A stretch of 64,000 nt of DNA from an uncultured Chloroflexia bacterium (GCA_963703345.1 OY969814.1:256001-320000), one strand, 5' to 3'. Shown: positions 18,975 to 32,311, numbered from the stretch's first letter. The notes: a model not told the origin generated them from the sequence alone. Program-made: numbers and translations.

Positions 18975-19511
18975 GTGGATGCTCAGGGAATCACTATCCT
19001 AGGAATCGGTGCCCTAGGAATCAACTTGCCGGGACTGCTGGCGCAAATCATTGGCTTCGCCATTCTGCTCGGAATTATGCGGGCGGTAGCGTACAAACCG
19101 ATCCTGGGGATGATGGATCAACGCTCGCAGCGGATACGGGAGGGGCTTGAAGCGGCGGAGAAGATGAGGGAACAGGCGGCGCAAGCCGACGTCACTGTTC
19201 AGGCGCGCTTGGAAGAGGCGCGTCAGGAAGGCCAGGGGCTCATCGGCTCGGCGCAGCAGATCGCCAATCGCATCCAGGAAGAGGCGCGACAGGCCGCTCA
19301 GACAGAGGCGGAATCGCTTCTGGCCAGGGCCCGCAACGAGATCGCCCTGGAGCGCGACGAAGCCATCGCGCAGATACGCCGCGAGTTCGGCGACCTGACG
19401 ATCACGGCCGCCGAGAAGGTCATTGGGCAGTCCCTGGACAGGAAAGCCCACGAGCGCCTGATAGAGGAAGTGCTGGCGCAGTCGAGCTTCCAGCAGAGCG
19501 CGCAGCAATAG
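18975..19511 (+). CDS. atpF: ATP synthase subunit b
   Basis: TM, YKPI..MMDQR..RI, long helix, AAEKVI. Confidence 0.95.
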   Translation: MDAQGITILGIGALGINLPGLLAQIIGFAILLGIMRAVAYKPILGMMDQRSQRIREGLEAAEKMREQAAQADVTVQARLEEARQEGQGLIGSAQQIANRIQEEARQAAQTEAESLLARARNEIALERDEAIAQIRREFGDLTITAAEKVIGQSLDRKAHERLIEEVLAQSSFQQSAQQ

Positions 19512-19572
19512 CGCCTGAACCCGTCGAGACGGAAGTCGGCGGGCCGGCGTTGGCACGGCGCGGAGGCAGAGC

Positions 19573-20151
19573 ATGATAGTCGAGGCAGCAGCGAAGCGTT
19601 ACGCGCGGGCCGCCTTCGCGGTGGCCCTGGAGCAGGGCGACCCGAGGCGCTGGCTGGGCGACTTGGGCGAGCTGAGCGAGCTCATCGCGCGAGCGGACGT
19701 CTCGGCGGTGCTTCAAAGCGACCGCGTGCCGGACGCGGAGAAAGACCGTCTCCTGAAGGCGGCCCTCCCCGATGTCGCGCCCGGCGTGCTGAACCTGGCG
19801 CGACTGCTGGTAGAGAAGCGCCGGATCCGCCTCGTCGAACAGATACGGGCGGAGTTCTCGGACCTCCTCGACGAGCATGAGGGCCGGGCGCGGGCGCTCG
19901 TCACCACGGCGGTGCCTCTGAGCGACCAGCAGAAAGCCGAGGTGGCGGAGAAGCTGGGCGTCATCACCGGCAAGAAGGTGAGCCTGGAGCAAGCCGTGAA
20001 CCCCGACATCCTGGGCGGACTCATCGCGCGCGTCGGCGACACGTTGATCGACGGCAGCACACGTAGCAGGCTCCTCGCTTTGAAGAAGAGTCTTCAGGGA
20101 AACGGCGGCTGGGTCCCGACCCTCGGAGAAAGCGCCGCCGAGAGCGGCTGA
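19573..20151 (+). CDS. atpH: ATP synthase subunit delta
   Basis: AKRYARA, ILGGLIARVGDTLIDGS. Confidence 0.95.
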   Translation: MIVEAAAKRYARAAFAVALEQGDPRRWLGDLGELSELIARADVSAVLQSDRVPDAEKDRLLKAALPDVAPGVLNLARLLVEKRRIRLVEQIRAEFSDLLDEHEGRARALVTTAVPLSDQQKAEVAEKLGVITGKKVSLEQAVNPDILGGLIARVGDTLIDGSTRSRLLALKKSLQGNGGWVPTLGESAAESG

Positions 20152-20187
20152 GTTGCATAGGAAGACAGTTGCAGCGGAGAGAGTGAT

Positions 20188-21699
20188 ATGGCAGTACGGC
20201 CCGAAGAGATAGCATCCATCCTGAAGCAGCAGATCGAGAACTTCGGCGCTGCGGTCACCGCCGTTGACGTTGGAGTTGTGATCGAGGCCGGCGACGGCAT
20301 TGCCCGCGTCCACGGTCTATCCAACTGCCTGGCGGGCGAGCTCGTCGAGTTCGAGAACGGCGCCATGGGCCTGGCCCTCAACCTGGAAGAGGACACTATC
20401 GGCATCATGGTGCTGGGCGACTACACGACTCTCGGCGAGGGCGCGGAAGTGCGCTCCACCGGTCGCATCGTGCAGGTACCGGTCGGGGAGGCGCTGATCG
20501 GACGCGTCGTCGACCCACTTGGCAATCCTATCGACGGCAAAGGACCTATCTCCACGGATAAGATGCGCCCGGTAGAGCGCATCGCTCCCGGCGTCGTCGC
20601 GCGCCAATCGGTCAACACGCCCGTCGTCACCGGCATCAAAGTCATCGACGCCATCACGCCGATCGGCCGCGGGCAGCGCGAGCTCATCATCGGCGACCGC
20701 ACGACGGGCAAGAGCGCGCTGGCCATCGACACGATCATCAACCAGAAGGGCGGCGACTTAACGTGCATCTACGTCGCCATCGGGCAGAAAGAGTCGAAGG
20801 TGGCGCAGATAGTGGCGCTGCTCGAGCAGCACGGCGCCATGGAGCACACAATCGTCGTCGTCGCCGGCGCCGCCGACCCGGCGCCGCTGCAATACCTGGC
20901 GCCTTACTCCGGCTGCGCCATGGGCGAGGATTTCATGGAGGCCGGGAAAGACGCCCTAATCATCTATGACGACCTTTCGAAGCACGGTTGGGCCTACCGG
21001 CAGGTGTCGCTGCTGCTGCGGCGACCGCCGGGACGCGAGGCTTATCCGGGCGACGTCTTCTATCTGCACAGTCGTCTGCTGGAGCGCGCGGCGAAGCTAT
21101 CGGCGGAGCTCGGCGGCGGCTCGCTGACGGCGCTGCCGATCATCGAGACGCAGGCGGGCGACGTATCCGCTTACATTCCGACAAACGTCATCTCCATCAC
21201 GGACGGCCAGATCTACCTGGAGACCGACCTCTTCAACGCCGGCATCCGACCGGCTATAAACGCCGGCCTTTCCGTGTCGCGCGTCGGCGGCGCCGCGCAG
21301 AGGCGGGCGATGCGCCAGGTGGCGGGCCGTCTGCGGCTCGACATGGCGCAGTACACCAACGTGCAGGCGTTCGCGCAGTTCGGCACGTCGGAGCTGGACG
21401 TGGCGACGCGGAACCAGCTCGAGCGCGGGCAGCGCGTGACGGAGGTGCTGAAGCAGCCCCAGTACGAGCCGATGAACCTGCACGAGGAGGTGGAGATCCT
21501 ATACGCCGCAATCAACGGCTTCCTGGACGACGTGCCGGTAAACAAGATCCGCGACTTCGAGACGGCGTTCCACAAGTTCATGGCGAGCAGCCATCCGGAC
21601 CTGGGACAGCAGATCGAAGATAAGAAGGAGATCACGCCGGAGATCGAGGAGGGGCTGAAGTCGGCGATCGGCGAGTTCAAGCAGACGATGCCTTACTAG
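20188..21699 (+). CDS. atpA: ATP synthase subunit alpha
   Basis: [45 protein letters not shown]. Confidence 0.99.
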   Translation: MAVRPEEIASILKQQIENFGAAVTAVDVGVVIEAGDGIARVHGLSNCLAGELVEFENGAMGLALNLEEDTIGIMVLGDYTTLGEGAEVRSTGRIVQVPVGEALIGRVVDPLGNPIDGKGPISTDKMRPVERIAPGVVARQSVNTPVVTGIKVIDAITPIGRGQRELIIGDRTTGKSALAIDTIINQKGGDLTCIYVAIGQKESKVAQIVALLEQHGAMEHTIVVVAGAADPAPLQYLAPYSGCAMGEDFMEAGKDALIIYDDLSKHGWAYRQVSLLLRRPPGREAYPGDVFYLHSRLLERAAKLSAELGGGSLTALPIIETQAGDVSAYIPTNVISITDGQIYLETDLFNAGIRPAINAGLSVSRVGGAAQRRAMRQVAGRLRLDMAQYTNVQAFAQFGTSELDVATRNQLERGQRVTEVLKQPQYEPMNLHEEVEILYAAINGFLDDVPVNKIRDFETAFHKFMASSHPDLGQQIEDKKEITPEIEEGLKSAIGEFKQTMPY

Positions 21700-21738
21700 G
21701 CGTCCGTTATCCGTCGACAGACAGACTGACGAGAAAAC

Positions 21739-24029
<2,291 letters not shown>

Positions 24030-24069
24030 CGGCGCGGCCCGCCTGAGGCGGGCGAGAGGAAGCTGATCG

Positions 24070-24513
24070 ATGGCAAAGCTGAGCGTTGACGTTATCACGG
24101 CCGAGCGAGTCGTGTTCTCCGACACGGACATCGATGCCGTTGTGGCGCCGGGCGCCGTCGGCGAACTGACGGTGCTGCCGTCGCACGCGTCATTCATAAC
24201 GTCGCTCGTGCCGGGCGAGCTGCGGCTGCAGAAGGCCGGCAGCGACGAAACGTACATGATGGTCACCGGGGGTTTCCTGGAAGTGCGCGACGACAAGGTC
24301 GTCATCCTCGCGGAGTCGGCGGAGCGCGCCGAGGAGATCGACATCGCCCTGGCGCAGGAAGCGCGGGCACGAGCCGAGAGGCAACTGGCCAGTCGCGAGG
24401 CCGCCGTCGATATGAGCCGCGTGCAGGCCGAGCTCAGGCGCTCTCTCATCGCCATCAAGGTCGCGGAGCGAAGGCGCCGTCGCCGCCCCGGTGACCAGGG
24501 CCCCCTCCAGTAG
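24070..24513 (+). CDS. atpC: ATP synthase subunit epsilon
   Basis: GELTVLPSH, GGFLEV, AERAEEID. Confidence 0.96.
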   Translation: MAKLSVDVITAERVVFSDTDIDAVVAPGAVGELTVLPSHASFITSLVPGELRLQKAGSDETYMMVTGGFLEVRDDKVVILAESAERAEEIDIALAQEARARAERQLASREAAVDMSRVQAELRRSLIAIKVAERRRRRRPGDQGPLQ

Positions 24514-24657
24514 TCCGCGACGATACGTCATTTGACCCCACAGTCCCGCGTCGGCCAGACCCCTGTGCCCTGTTCGACGACGAGCCGGCGCGGCTTGAAG
24601 TCGGCCGGTAGTGATGGTAGTGTTAGGCCCGAAGCAACTTACGCGATTGGCGAGATT

Positions 24658-25947
24658 GTGGCAGGAGACCGTTTTCTCGTAGAGGGCGGCCATCGCCTGG
24701 AGGGCACCGTGCGCGTGAGCGGCAACAAGAACGCCGCAATCCACGCTATGGCGGCCACTCTCCTCACATCCGACGACTGCTACCTGGAGAACGTTCCGGC
24801 TATCCAGGACGTTCGCTTCATGGTGGAGATTCTTCGCGCGTTGGGCGCTACCGTCGAATACACGTCGCCTTCGTCGCTGCGGGTGAAGGCGGACGGCGTC
24901 GACAAGCTGGAGGCGCCGAGCGAGCTGGCGACGCATCTGAGGGGCAGCTTCCTGGTCATGGGGCCGCTGCTCGCGCGTTTCGGCGAGGCAACATGCTGCC
25001 CCCCCGGCGGCGACATCATCGGACTGCGGCCGGTCAATGTGCACCTGGACGGCTTCCGTCGCCTGAACGCTAGCGTCGGCCGCGACGGCGATAAGTTCAC
25101 GGCCCGCACGGAGCGGCTGCGCGGCAGCAGGATTTTCCTCGACTATCCCAGCGTCCTCGGCACACAAAACCTGCTGCTGGCGGCGACGCTGGCGGAGGGG
25201 CGGACGACGCTGGTAAACGCGGCTGCCGAGCCGGAGATTGAGAGCCTGGTCGAGATGCTGACGCGGATGGGAGCGCGCATCTCCGGCGCGGGCCGTCACA
25301 CGATCGAGATAGAAGGCGTCGGCGAGCTGCACGGCGCCCGTCACACGATCATTCCCGACCGCATCGAGTCGGGCACGTTCGCGATAGCGGCGGCGGCGAC
25401 GCAGGGCGACGTCGAGATCCTGGAGGGCGTGCCGCGGCAGCTCGACGCGCTGATCTGGAAGCTCGAAGAAGCGGGCGTCGAGGTCAGGGAGACTGACGCA
25501 GGGCTGCGCGTGACGAGCAGCGGGCCCTTGCAGGCGATAAACGCGCAGGCGGTGCCCTATCCGGGGCTCGCGACCGACCTCCAGGCCCCACTTGCGGCGC
25601 TGTTGACGCAGGCGCGCGGCGTAAGCTCGATCTACGAGCGCGTCTTCGAGAATCGCATGCTCTACGTGGGTGAGCTGCGAAAGATGGGCGCGGAAGTGAT
25701 CACGTCGGGGACAACGGTTATCATAAACGGGCCGACGCCGCTCTTCGCGGCCAACGTGCGGGCCGTGGACCTGAGGGCCGGCGCGGCGCTGGTGCTCGCG
25801 GCGCTGACAGCGGACGGCGAATCGGAGATAAACGATATATTCCATCTCGACCGCGGCTACGAACGGTTCGACGAGAAGCTGAGGTCGCTGGGAGGCCGCG
25901 TTCGGCGCGTACAGGCGCGGGCGCGGACAGAAGCTGGGGGAGGCTGA
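24658..25947 (+). CDS. murA: UDP-N-acetylglucosamine 1-carboxyvinyltransferase
   Basis: [50 protein letters not shown]; GTG start. Confidence 0.96.
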   Translation: MAGDRFLVEGGHRLEGTVRVSGNKNAAIHAMAATLLTSDDCYLENVPAIQDVRFMVEILRALGATVEYTSPSSLRVKADGVDKLEAPSELATHLRGSFLVMGPLLARFGEATCCPPGGDIIGLRPVNVHLDGFRRLNASVGRDGDKFTARTERLRGSRIFLDYPSVLGTQNLLLAATLAEGRTTLVNAAAEPEIESLVEMLTRMGARISGAGRHTIEIEGVGELHGARHTIIPDRIESGTFAIAAAATQGDVEILEGVPRQLDALIWKLEEAGVEVRETDAGLRVTSSGPLQAINAQAVPYPGLATDLQAPLAALLTQARGVSSIYERVFENRMLYVGELRKMGAEVITSGTTVIINGPTPLFAANVRAVDLRAGAALVLAALTADGESEINDIFHLDRGYERFDEKLRSLGGRVRRVQARARTEAGGG

Positions 25948-26978
25948 TGTTCACAAAGCGACTGGGAATTGACCTGGGCACGGCGAACGTGCTGGTCTAC
26001 GCGCGGGGAAAGGGCATCGTCATCAACGAGCCGTCGGTGGTGGCGCTGGCAAGTCGCGATAACACCGTTGTCGCCGTCGGTAACGACGCGAGGATGATGA
26101 TCGGGCGAACGCCGGGCAGCATCTCCGTGATCCGGCCGATGCGCGACGGCGTTATCGCCGACTACTTGATCACGGAGGCGATGCTGCGCTACTTCATCAG
26201 CCGCGCCCTGGGGCGTCTGAACCTGATCAAGCCGGAGGTGATGGTCTGCATTCCCGCCGGCGTGACGAGCGTGGAGCAGAGGGCCGTCCGTGATGCGGCG
26301 GAGCAGGCGGGCGCCCGCCGCCCGGCGCACCTGGTGCCGGAGCCGCTGGCCGCGGCGATCGGCGCGGGGATACCGGTGGCCTCGGCGAGCGGCAACATGA
26401 TCGTCGATATCGGCGGCGGACGAGCGGAGGCGGCGATCATCTCGATGTATGGCATCGTCGTCAGCGAGTCGATCCGGATAGCGGGCGACCGGCTGGACGA
26501 CGCCATCGCGGCGTACGTGAAGCGACGGCACAACCTCGTCATCGGCGACCGTACGGCGGAGGAGGCGAAGATCGCCATCGGCAGCGCCTTGCCACTGGAA
26601 GAGAACCTGACCATGGAGATCCGCGGTCGAGACCAGATCACCGGCCTTCCCAAAACGATCGTCATCACTTCGCATGAGATCACGCAGGCGATCCAGGACT
26701 GCCTGGCGAGCATTGTGCAGGCGGTGCGCTCTGTCCTGGAGCGCACGGCGCCGGAGCTGGCGTCGGACGTGATCGACCGAGGGATCGTGCTGACGGGCGG
26801 CGGCGCGCTCCTGCGCAACATCGACATGCTGCTGACGCAGGAGACCGGCGTGCCCTGCCACGTTGCTGAGAACCCGATGAACTGCACGGCGATCGGCGCC
26901 GGGGCAGCGCTGGAGCACCTGGACGTTATCAAGCGCAGCCTGCCGACGGAAGAGGAATCGCTGGTCGCGAGCCTCTAG
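25947..26978 (+). CDS. mreB: Rod shape-determining actin MreB/Mbl
   Basis: [46 protein letters not shown]. Confidence 0.96.
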   Translation: MFTKRLGIDLGTANVLVYARGKGIVINEPSVVALASRDNTVVAVGNDARMMIGRTPGSISVIRPMRDGVIADYLITEAMLRYFISRALGRLNLIKPEVMVCIPAGVTSVEQRAVRDAAEQAGARRPAHLVPEPLAAAIGAGIPVASASGNMIVDIGGGRAEAAIISMYGIVVSESIRIAGDRLDDAIAAYVKRRHNLVIGDRTAEEAKIAIGSALPLEENLTMEIRGRDQITGLPKTIVITSHEITQAIQDCLASIVQAVRSVLERTAPELASDVIDRGIVLTGGGALLRNIDMLLTQETGVPCHVAENPMNCTAIGAGAALEHLDVIKRSLPTEEESLVASL

Positions 26979-27017
26979 GCGCGCGATTCGTCTTCGAGGC
27001 GTCGTCGGGAGCCGAGG

Positions 27018-27653
27018 CTAGGCGGTGGCGCCCTTCAGGTAGTAGGTCATGCTCTGAAGGGCGAGCACCGGCTCAATGTCCTTCAACTGCGTGCCTTCCG
27101 GCACCCGCAGGGCAACCGGCGCGTAGTTGAGAATCCCCTTGACTCCGGCGGCTACCAGCGTGTCGGCGACCTCCTGGGCGGCTGACGCGCTGACGGCGAC
27201 GATGCCGATCTCGGCGGGACTGCTTTTGAGGAACTGCGGTAGGTTTTTCACGCTGTAGACTTTGACGCCGCCGATTGACTTACCCAACGCGTCGCTGTGG
27301 GCGTCGAAGGCAGCGACGATCTTGAAGCCTTCCGGCGCAAACCCCCTGTAGCTGAGGATGGCGCGGCCGAGGTTGCCGACACCGACCAGCACCATCGACC
27401 ACTCCTGGTCGAGGCCGAGGATGCGCCGCAGCTCGCCGGCCAGACGCTGCACGTTGTAGCCGCGGCCCTGCTTGCCGAAGCGCCCGAAGTAGCTGAGGTC
27501 TTTGCGGATCTGGGCCGGCGTCACACCCAGCTCGTCGCCGAGCTCCTGGGAGCTGACCACCTGACGGCCGTGGTTCTCCAGTACCGCGAGGGTGCGCGCG
27601 TAGACGGGCAACCGGTCCACCACAACCTCCGGCACGCCGATCAGCGTGGTCAT
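27018..27653 (-). CDS. rex: Redox-sensing repressor Rex
   Basis: RLPVY, SSQEL, QIRKDLSYFGRFGKQGRGY, VGVGNLG, GILNYAP; GGAGGAG RBS. Confidence 0.97.
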   Translation of the reverse strand: MTTLIGVPEVVVDRLPVYARTLAVLENHGRQVVSSQELGDELGVTPAQIRKDLSYFGRFGKQGRGYNVQRLAGELRRILGLDQEWSMVLVGVGNLGRAILSYRGFAPEGFKIVAAFDAHSDALGKSIGGVKVYSVKNLPQFLKSSPAEIGIVAVSASAAQEVADTLVAAGVKGILNYAPVALRVPEGTQLKDIEPVLALQSMTYYLKGATA

Positions 27654-27721
27654 TGTTCTCCTCCGGAGGAGAGCGTCTGTCGAGAGCAAGCTTCGTTCGT
27701 CACGCGGTGCGCCCTCGCCGT

Positions 27722-27779
27722 TTGTGAACCGATTGCGCATTTCGGCACAATGTTATCATCGCCGTTCAAATGGAGTCAA
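27722..27779 (-). promoter_or_regulatory. rex promoter with downstream putative Rex operator
   Basis: TTGACT-18-TAACAT (TG-extended) on minus strand; TTGTGAACCGATTGCGCA at 27722-27739 has one perfect Rex half-site. Confidence 0.55.
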
Positions 27780-27798
27780 CGAAACCGCCGGCTGGGGG

Positions 27799-28044
27799 CT
27801 AGGAGAAGAAGCGGATGAAGGCGGGACCGACGAGGGCGACGAGGAGAAGGATAATGACTACCAGGATGAGCGCGCGGGAGACATATTTGGTCTGCCGCTC
27901 GGGCTCGACGCCGTAGTAGCCGGCCTCCGAGAGGTCGAAGTCCGGATGCGTCGGGTCGTTGGGGTCCAGCTCCCAGCCTTCGCCCTCGGGCTCGCCCTCG
28001 TCATCGGGCTCGTATTCATCTTCGTCTTCGTCGGTCGTGACCAT
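27799..28044 (-). CDS. Small acidic protein with C-terminal TM anchor
   Basis: MVTTDEDEDEYE...WELDPNDPTHPDFDLSE...hydrophobic tail; follows the zincin gene. Confidence 0.7.
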   Translation of the reverse strand: MVTTDEDEDEYEPDDEGEPEGEGWELDPNDPTHPDFDLSEAGYYGVEPERQTKYVSRALILVVIILLLVALVGPAFIRFFS

Positions 28045-28051
28045 CGCCGTC

Positions 28052-28420
28052 CTAGTAGGCGCCCATTCGCCGCAGCGCCTCGTCGTCGATGCCGAAGTGA
28101 TGGGCGATCTCATGGCGGAGGACGTGGCCCACCTTCTCCACAACTTCTTCGCTGCTGCGGCAAGCGAACTCGATGGGGCGCTGGTAGATGATAATGCGGT
28201 CCGGCGGAACGAAGTTGTACCATAGGCCGCGTCGGCTCTGCGGCACGCCGCGATAGAGTCCGAGCAGCGTCTGGCCGCGGCGGGCGCCGGAGACGCGAAG
28301 GTCATCGGCGCTGGGGAGATCTTCGACTTCGACGTCTATGTTCGACAGACGCTCGCGGAACTCGTCGGGGAGAGCGAGGAGGGCGCGCTCGACGAGCTCT
28401 TCGAATTGTTCTCTTTCCAT
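28052..28420 (-). CDS. Zincin_1 / DUF1025-type minimal metallopeptidase
   Basis: LLGLYRGVP, PDRIIIYQRPI, HEIAHHFG. Confidence 0.92.
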   Translation of the reverse strand: MEREQFEELVERALLALPDEFRERLSNIDVEVEDLPSADDLRVSGARRGQTLLGLYRGVPQSRRGLWYNFVPPDRIIIYQRPIEFACRSSEEVVEKVGHVLRHEIAHHFGIDDEALRRMGAY

Positions 28421-28497
28421 GACGTTGCCTCGTTATTTGCAGTGAGATCATACCACAGGCGGCAACGGATTGCGGGGCCCGGCGGGCCTTTGCTAGG

Positions 28498-28998
28498 ATG
28501 CGGCTGGAAGGGGGACTTCCCTTGCGATACGGGGAGGAAGTGCCGCTGCCGGCCTTTTTCCGGCTCATCCTTCTGGCCGGCCTGGCTGGGGTAGCGTATG
28601 CCATCGTTGCGCCGGCGTTTAGCGGTCTCGGTGGCGCCGGGACTTATGCCGTCTACTATGCGACGATGACGGTCGCACTGGCGCTCATGGTCTTTGCGGT
28701 GGTCACGTTCCGGCGCCTGACGATTGCGGTCAGCGAGGAGGACGTGCGTTTCGGCTTCGGTGTGCTGCGGAAATCGATCCCGCTGGCGCGAATACGGGCC
28801 TGGGAGCCCAAGCGCTACAACTGGCTCCTATACGGCGGCTGGGGGCTTCGATTGGGCTTCGGTGGCAGGCGCGCCTACAGCATCCCCGGCGTGCGGGAGG
28901 GCGTAGAGCTTACCGTCGAGGAGGGCAAGCGGGTACGGCGATACTTCGTCTCTTCCCGTTGCCCCGAGCGTCTTGTCGAAGCCGTAAAAGGTCGCTAA
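28498..28998 (+). CDS. Two-TM membrane protein with bacterial PH-like domain
   Basis: 2 TMs, then YGGWGLR...AY...GVEL...FVSSRCPERL. Confidence 0.7.
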   Translation: MRLEGGLPLRYGEEVPLPAFFRLILLAGLAGVAYAIVAPAFSGLGGAGTYAVYYATMTVALALMVFAVVTFRRLTIAVSEEDVRFGFGVLRKSIPLARIRAWEPKRYNWLLYGGWGLRLGFGGRRAYSIPGVREGVELTVEEGKRVRRYFVSSRCPERLVEAVKGR

Positions 28999-29821
28999 GG
29001 TCTTCCTTCTGAAGCGTCGCGATGACGACGTCCGCTGCCGAAGGAAGGCGCGAGGCCAGCCGGTTGACGACGCGGAAGACGGCGGCGGAAGCGCGGAACG
29101 GCAGCGCCTCCAGGAGCTCGCGCCACGGCGGCAGGAACAGGAACATCGACACGCCTCGCGCGCGGGCGAGTCGCAACCGGCCATTGCCGAGGCCCGTCAG
29201 TAGACGATAGCTGCCGACGAAGGTGTGGTCGCTCGGGATGCGCCAGAATTGGTAGCGCTCCGGCGTCTCGATGCGGAGGGCGCGGCTGAGGTCGTGCATC
29301 GCCTGGCCGATGCGGCAGGATATGCTCTCGTAATTGGCCAGGGCGACGACGAAGTGACCGCCGGGCTTGAGCACGCGCGCCACCTCGCTGACGAAGGCAT
29401 CTCTGTCGGCGAAGTGGTCCATGGCGCCCTGGCACATCACGACGTCGAAGGAACCGCTGCGGAAGGGGAGCGCTTCGGCGACGCCGCGGGTGAGACGCAC
29501 CCGCTTGTGCACCTGATAGAAGCGGAACTGGCCGAGGCGCAACATCTGGTCGGAGGCGTCGATCCCGTACGCCTTCCAGCCGCTGATAGCGAGTCGCGCC
29601 GCCTGCATCCCCAGCCCGCAGCCGACGTCGAGCAGGCGCAGAGGCCCGTTGCCGTTCAGGCGCTGCACGGCTTCGAAGACGGCCCTCTCGGTGCGATGGA
29701 GGTAGAAGGAGGTCTGGCGGTCGTTGAAGACGGTGAACTGCTCGATGCTATAGTCGGTGTCGGGCCTGACGGCTTGCATCCTGCGTGGCCTTTCCGCGGG
29801 TTCAGGAGACGAATTTACCAT
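28910..29821 (-). CDS. Class I SAM-dependent methyltransferase
   Basis: LLDVGCGLG, GIDAS, AEALPFRSGSFD, RVLKPGG. Confidence 0.9.
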   Translation of the reverse strand: MVNSSPEPAERPRRMQAVRPDTDYSIEQFTVFNDRQTSFYLHRTERAVFEAVQRLNGNGPLRLLDVGCGLGMQAARLAISGWKAYGIDASDQMLRLGQFRFYQVHKRVRLTRGVAEALPFRSGSFDVVMCQGAMDHFADRDAFVSEVARVLKPGGHFVVALANYESISCRIGQAMHDLSRALRIETPERYQFWRIPSDHTFVGSYRLLTGLGNGRLRLARARGVSMFLFLPPWRELLEALPFRASAAVFRVVNRLASRLPSAADVVIATLQKEDLSDLLRLRQDARGNGKRRSIAVPACPPRR

Positions 29822-29925
29822 TTATCGAATGGAATCGCAAACCGAGCGGAAGATTGCGTCGGAGTCTTGCGCCGTCCACCGGTGTCGACGCATACTGGCA
29901 GCGAGATCGAATGCGGAGGGAGACG

Positions 29926-30411
29926 ATGAAGTTCGACGTGGTGCAAACAGATCTTGGCTGGATGGGCATCGGTTTGAGCGAGCGTGGCCTGCGGACGACG
30001 ACGTTGCCGGTGGCGACGCGCGAGGCGGCGGAGGAGGAGATGCGCCTTCGCGGCGCAGCGACACCGGCGGCGGATGCCGGCGACTGGCCGGAGCGGCTAC
30101 GAAGCTGCGCGCGGGGGGATGATTGGTCGCCCAACGGCGACATCGATCTATCGCAGGGAACGGAGTTTCAGCGCCGCGTCTGGCGGGCGCTCCTCGACAT
30201 CCCACACGGTGAGACGCGAACGTACAAGCAGATTGCTGAGCAGATCGGTCGGCCGCGGGCGGCGCGGGCCGTCGGGCAGGCCGTTGGCGCGAATCCTTTG
30301 CCGATCGTCGTGCCGTGTCACCGGGTCGTTGCGCAAAACGGGCTCGGCGGCTTCGGCGGCGGCCTGGCGATGAAGAAGAGGCTGCTGCGGCTGGAGGGTG
30401 CGACTTCCTAG
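29926..30411 (+). CDS. ogt: Methylated-DNA--protein-cysteine methyltransferase
   Basis: GTEFQRRVW, IPHGETRTY, RAVGQA..NP, PCHRV. Confidence 0.95.
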   Translation: MKFDVVQTDLGWMGIGLSERGLRTTTLPVATREAAEEEMRLRGAATPAADAGDWPERLRSCARGDDWSPNGDIDLSQGTEFQRRVWRALLDIPHGETRTYKQIAEQIGRPRAARAVGQAVGANPLPIVVPCHRVVAQNGLGGFGGGLAMKKRLLRLEGATS

Positions 30412-30445
30412 CAGACGCGACGGCCATGCTCCCCGTCAGGGCGTC

Positions 30446-30676
30446 CTAGAGCGGCTCGATGCGTATCGTTCCGCCCATCTTCTCTCTGAGGACGGCGGCT
30501 GCTTCTTCGTGGCGCTCCTCCGGCACGATCACGCGACAACTCCCGGGCGAGACGCCGAGGAAAGAGACGGCGTCAGACGGCTGGATCATCGCCGGGATGC
30601 CCGCTCCGCGCAGGAGCTCACACCACATCTCGGCCGTGAGTTGATCGGGCGCTGTGGCCAGGTTCTTCCACTTCAC
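30446..30676 (-). CDS. DUF2007-like (putative signal-transducing) small protein
   Basis: C-terminal 76 aa of the long ORF: W..LATAPDQLTAEMWCELLRGAGIPA...RVIVPEE. Confidence 0.7.
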   Translation of the reverse strand: MKWKNLATAPDQLTAEMWCELLRGAGIPAMIQPSDAVSFLGVSPGSCRVIVPEERHEEAAAVLREKMGGTIRIEPL

Positions 30677-30786
30677 TGACAGTTTCTCCGCGCGCTTTAC
30701 AGCACGGCTACGAGCGCCTTCGCTCCCGCCATAGATGTTTGCACGCGGAAGAGCGTCGGGCAAGGGGCAGTAGAGCGAGAGAGAGT

Positions 30787-32058
30787 CTACGCCCTCGCCT
30801 GGCGTCGCCAGAGCACGCCGCCCGCCAGGACGAGAACGACGACGAGCGACACCATCCGATGGGCGAAGACGGTCATGCGGGCGTCCTGCATCAGGTCGGC
30901 GGGCAGCCCGGCCAGCGATAAGGCATGCCGCACGAGGAGAAACGGCGTTTGTAGCGCTGGAAATTCCCAGGCGGCAAAGCCGGCGAGGAAGAGCCCCGCG
31001 ATGGCGGCGAACCAGAGCACTGCCGCCGGGACGACTCGCAGCCACTGCAGACGACGCGGCAGCAGCAATGAGGGGATGCCGTCGGGCGAAAACGCCGTGA
31101 GGACCGCGAGCGTCGTGGCTAGCAGTCCACTCTGATAGATGAAAAAGCTGTCTTCGCAGCGGGTCGGAGCGAACTTTTTCTTGAAGCGGTTCAGCAGTCG
31201 GAAGCTGTAGACGACGTCGGCGCAGCTGTAGCAGGCGGCGGCCAGCGTCCGCGCCAGACGGAATCGGCCGTAGGGCTGCTTGCCCGCGGCGCCCTGTAGA
31301 GGCGCGACGCCGAGGCTGAAGAAGGAATAGCCCTCGCGGCGGGCTGCTTCGCGGGCGGCATCGATCAACAGCTCGCTGGTGCCGAAGGGGGCATCGGAGC
31401 GTCGCAGCAACTCCTCGACGAGCATCATCATGCGGGCGCGCGCCGGCGAGCAGACGATTACACCGACGATGCGACCGTCGTGCCTGGCGGTGAATATCTG
31501 CTTCTCGTCTCGCAGAGCCAAGGGGCGAGAGCGCAGGAGGAAGGCCAGCGGCGGCCCCTTGCGCGTGCTCAGCCATTCGGCCGCCACTTCCTCGATCTCG
31601 GCATCTGCGGCCGGCGATGGCTCCAGGTACGCTTCGACGCGGACGCCGCTGCGCCGTGCGCGGTTGATCGCCCAGCGCGCTCGCTTGGCACGGTCCCCCC
31701 GCGGCAACGGCTGCGACAGGTCGAACAGGGGCTCCTCGCCCACCTTCACCGGCTTCAGCCCAAGCTGAGACGAGGCGCTCGCGACGCGGTCCGTCGCGCC
31801 GACGAAGGCGAAACGCCAGCGGTGAGTCTGACAGTAAGCGACGAAGGCGGTCAGCAGGGCCGGGAGGTCCGATTCGGCGCAGACGAGATCGCCACAGGCA
31901 ACGGCGACGCGGCGGTGCAGCTCGAAGGCGACGAAGCCGTCGATATCGGGCGATTCGAAGTAGCGCCAGCCGTCGTACAGCGTCAGGAGCGCCAGCCCGT
32001 TGTAGCCGTGCTCTCGGACCAAGCGTAGGCGACGTTCGGCGGAAGATTCTGCCACCAT
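30787..32058 (-). CDS. MprF/aminoacyl-phosphatidylglycerol synthase C-terminal-like domain (DUF2156) with C-terminal TMs
   Basis: AVACGDLV, KVGEE, LRRSDAPFGTSELL, FSLGVAPL, YSF..L.RFKKKFAP. Confidence 0.8.
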   Translation of the reverse strand: MVAESSAERRLRLVREHGYNGLALLTLYDGWRYFESPDIDGFVAFELHRRVAVACGDLVCAESDLPALLTAFVAYCQTHRWRFAFVGATDRVASASSQLGLKPVKVGEEPLFDLSQPLPRGDRAKRARWAINRARRSGVRVEAYLEPSPAADAEIEEVAAEWLSTRKGPPLAFLLRSRPLALRDEKQIFTARHDGRIVGVIVCSPARARMMMLVEELLRRSDAPFGTSELLIDAAREAARREGYSFFSLGVAPLQGAAGKQPYGRFRLARTLAAACYSCADVVYSFRLLNRFKKKFAPTRCEDSFFIYQSGLLATTLAVLTAFSPDGIPSLLLPRRLQWLRVVPAAVLWFAAIAGLFLAGFAAWEFPALQTPFLLVRHALSLAGLPADLMQDARMTVFAHRMVSLVVVLVLAGGVLWRRQARA

Positions 32059-32311
32059 AGCCAGATAATGGTACCACATCGGGGCAGGCGAACCGTAGCG
32101 GATGCTTGTCTGATCGAACAAGAATCGTCTAATCTCTGCGAACTGGCCCGTCACGGCCGCTTGCCGTTGGTGCAGATGCACTATTCGTCGCTTACAAAGG
32201 CACCAGTGGCAAATGGGGCAGACGAACCTGTATGCTCTCGCTGGTGCGCGTTAGGATGAAGCCCGAAGATGCGAGTTCGAAGAGACGTCCGCGATAGGAG
32301 GGTAGGCGGCG

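Noticed and set aside
25940-25957. TTCACAA Rex half-site at the mreB start
   Set aside because: Explained by the codons ATG TTC ACA AAG; no left half-site
28910-28998. 89 bp convergent gene overlap as an antisense system
   Set aside because: Most simply a low-complexity C-terminal run-on in stop-poor GC-rich DNA
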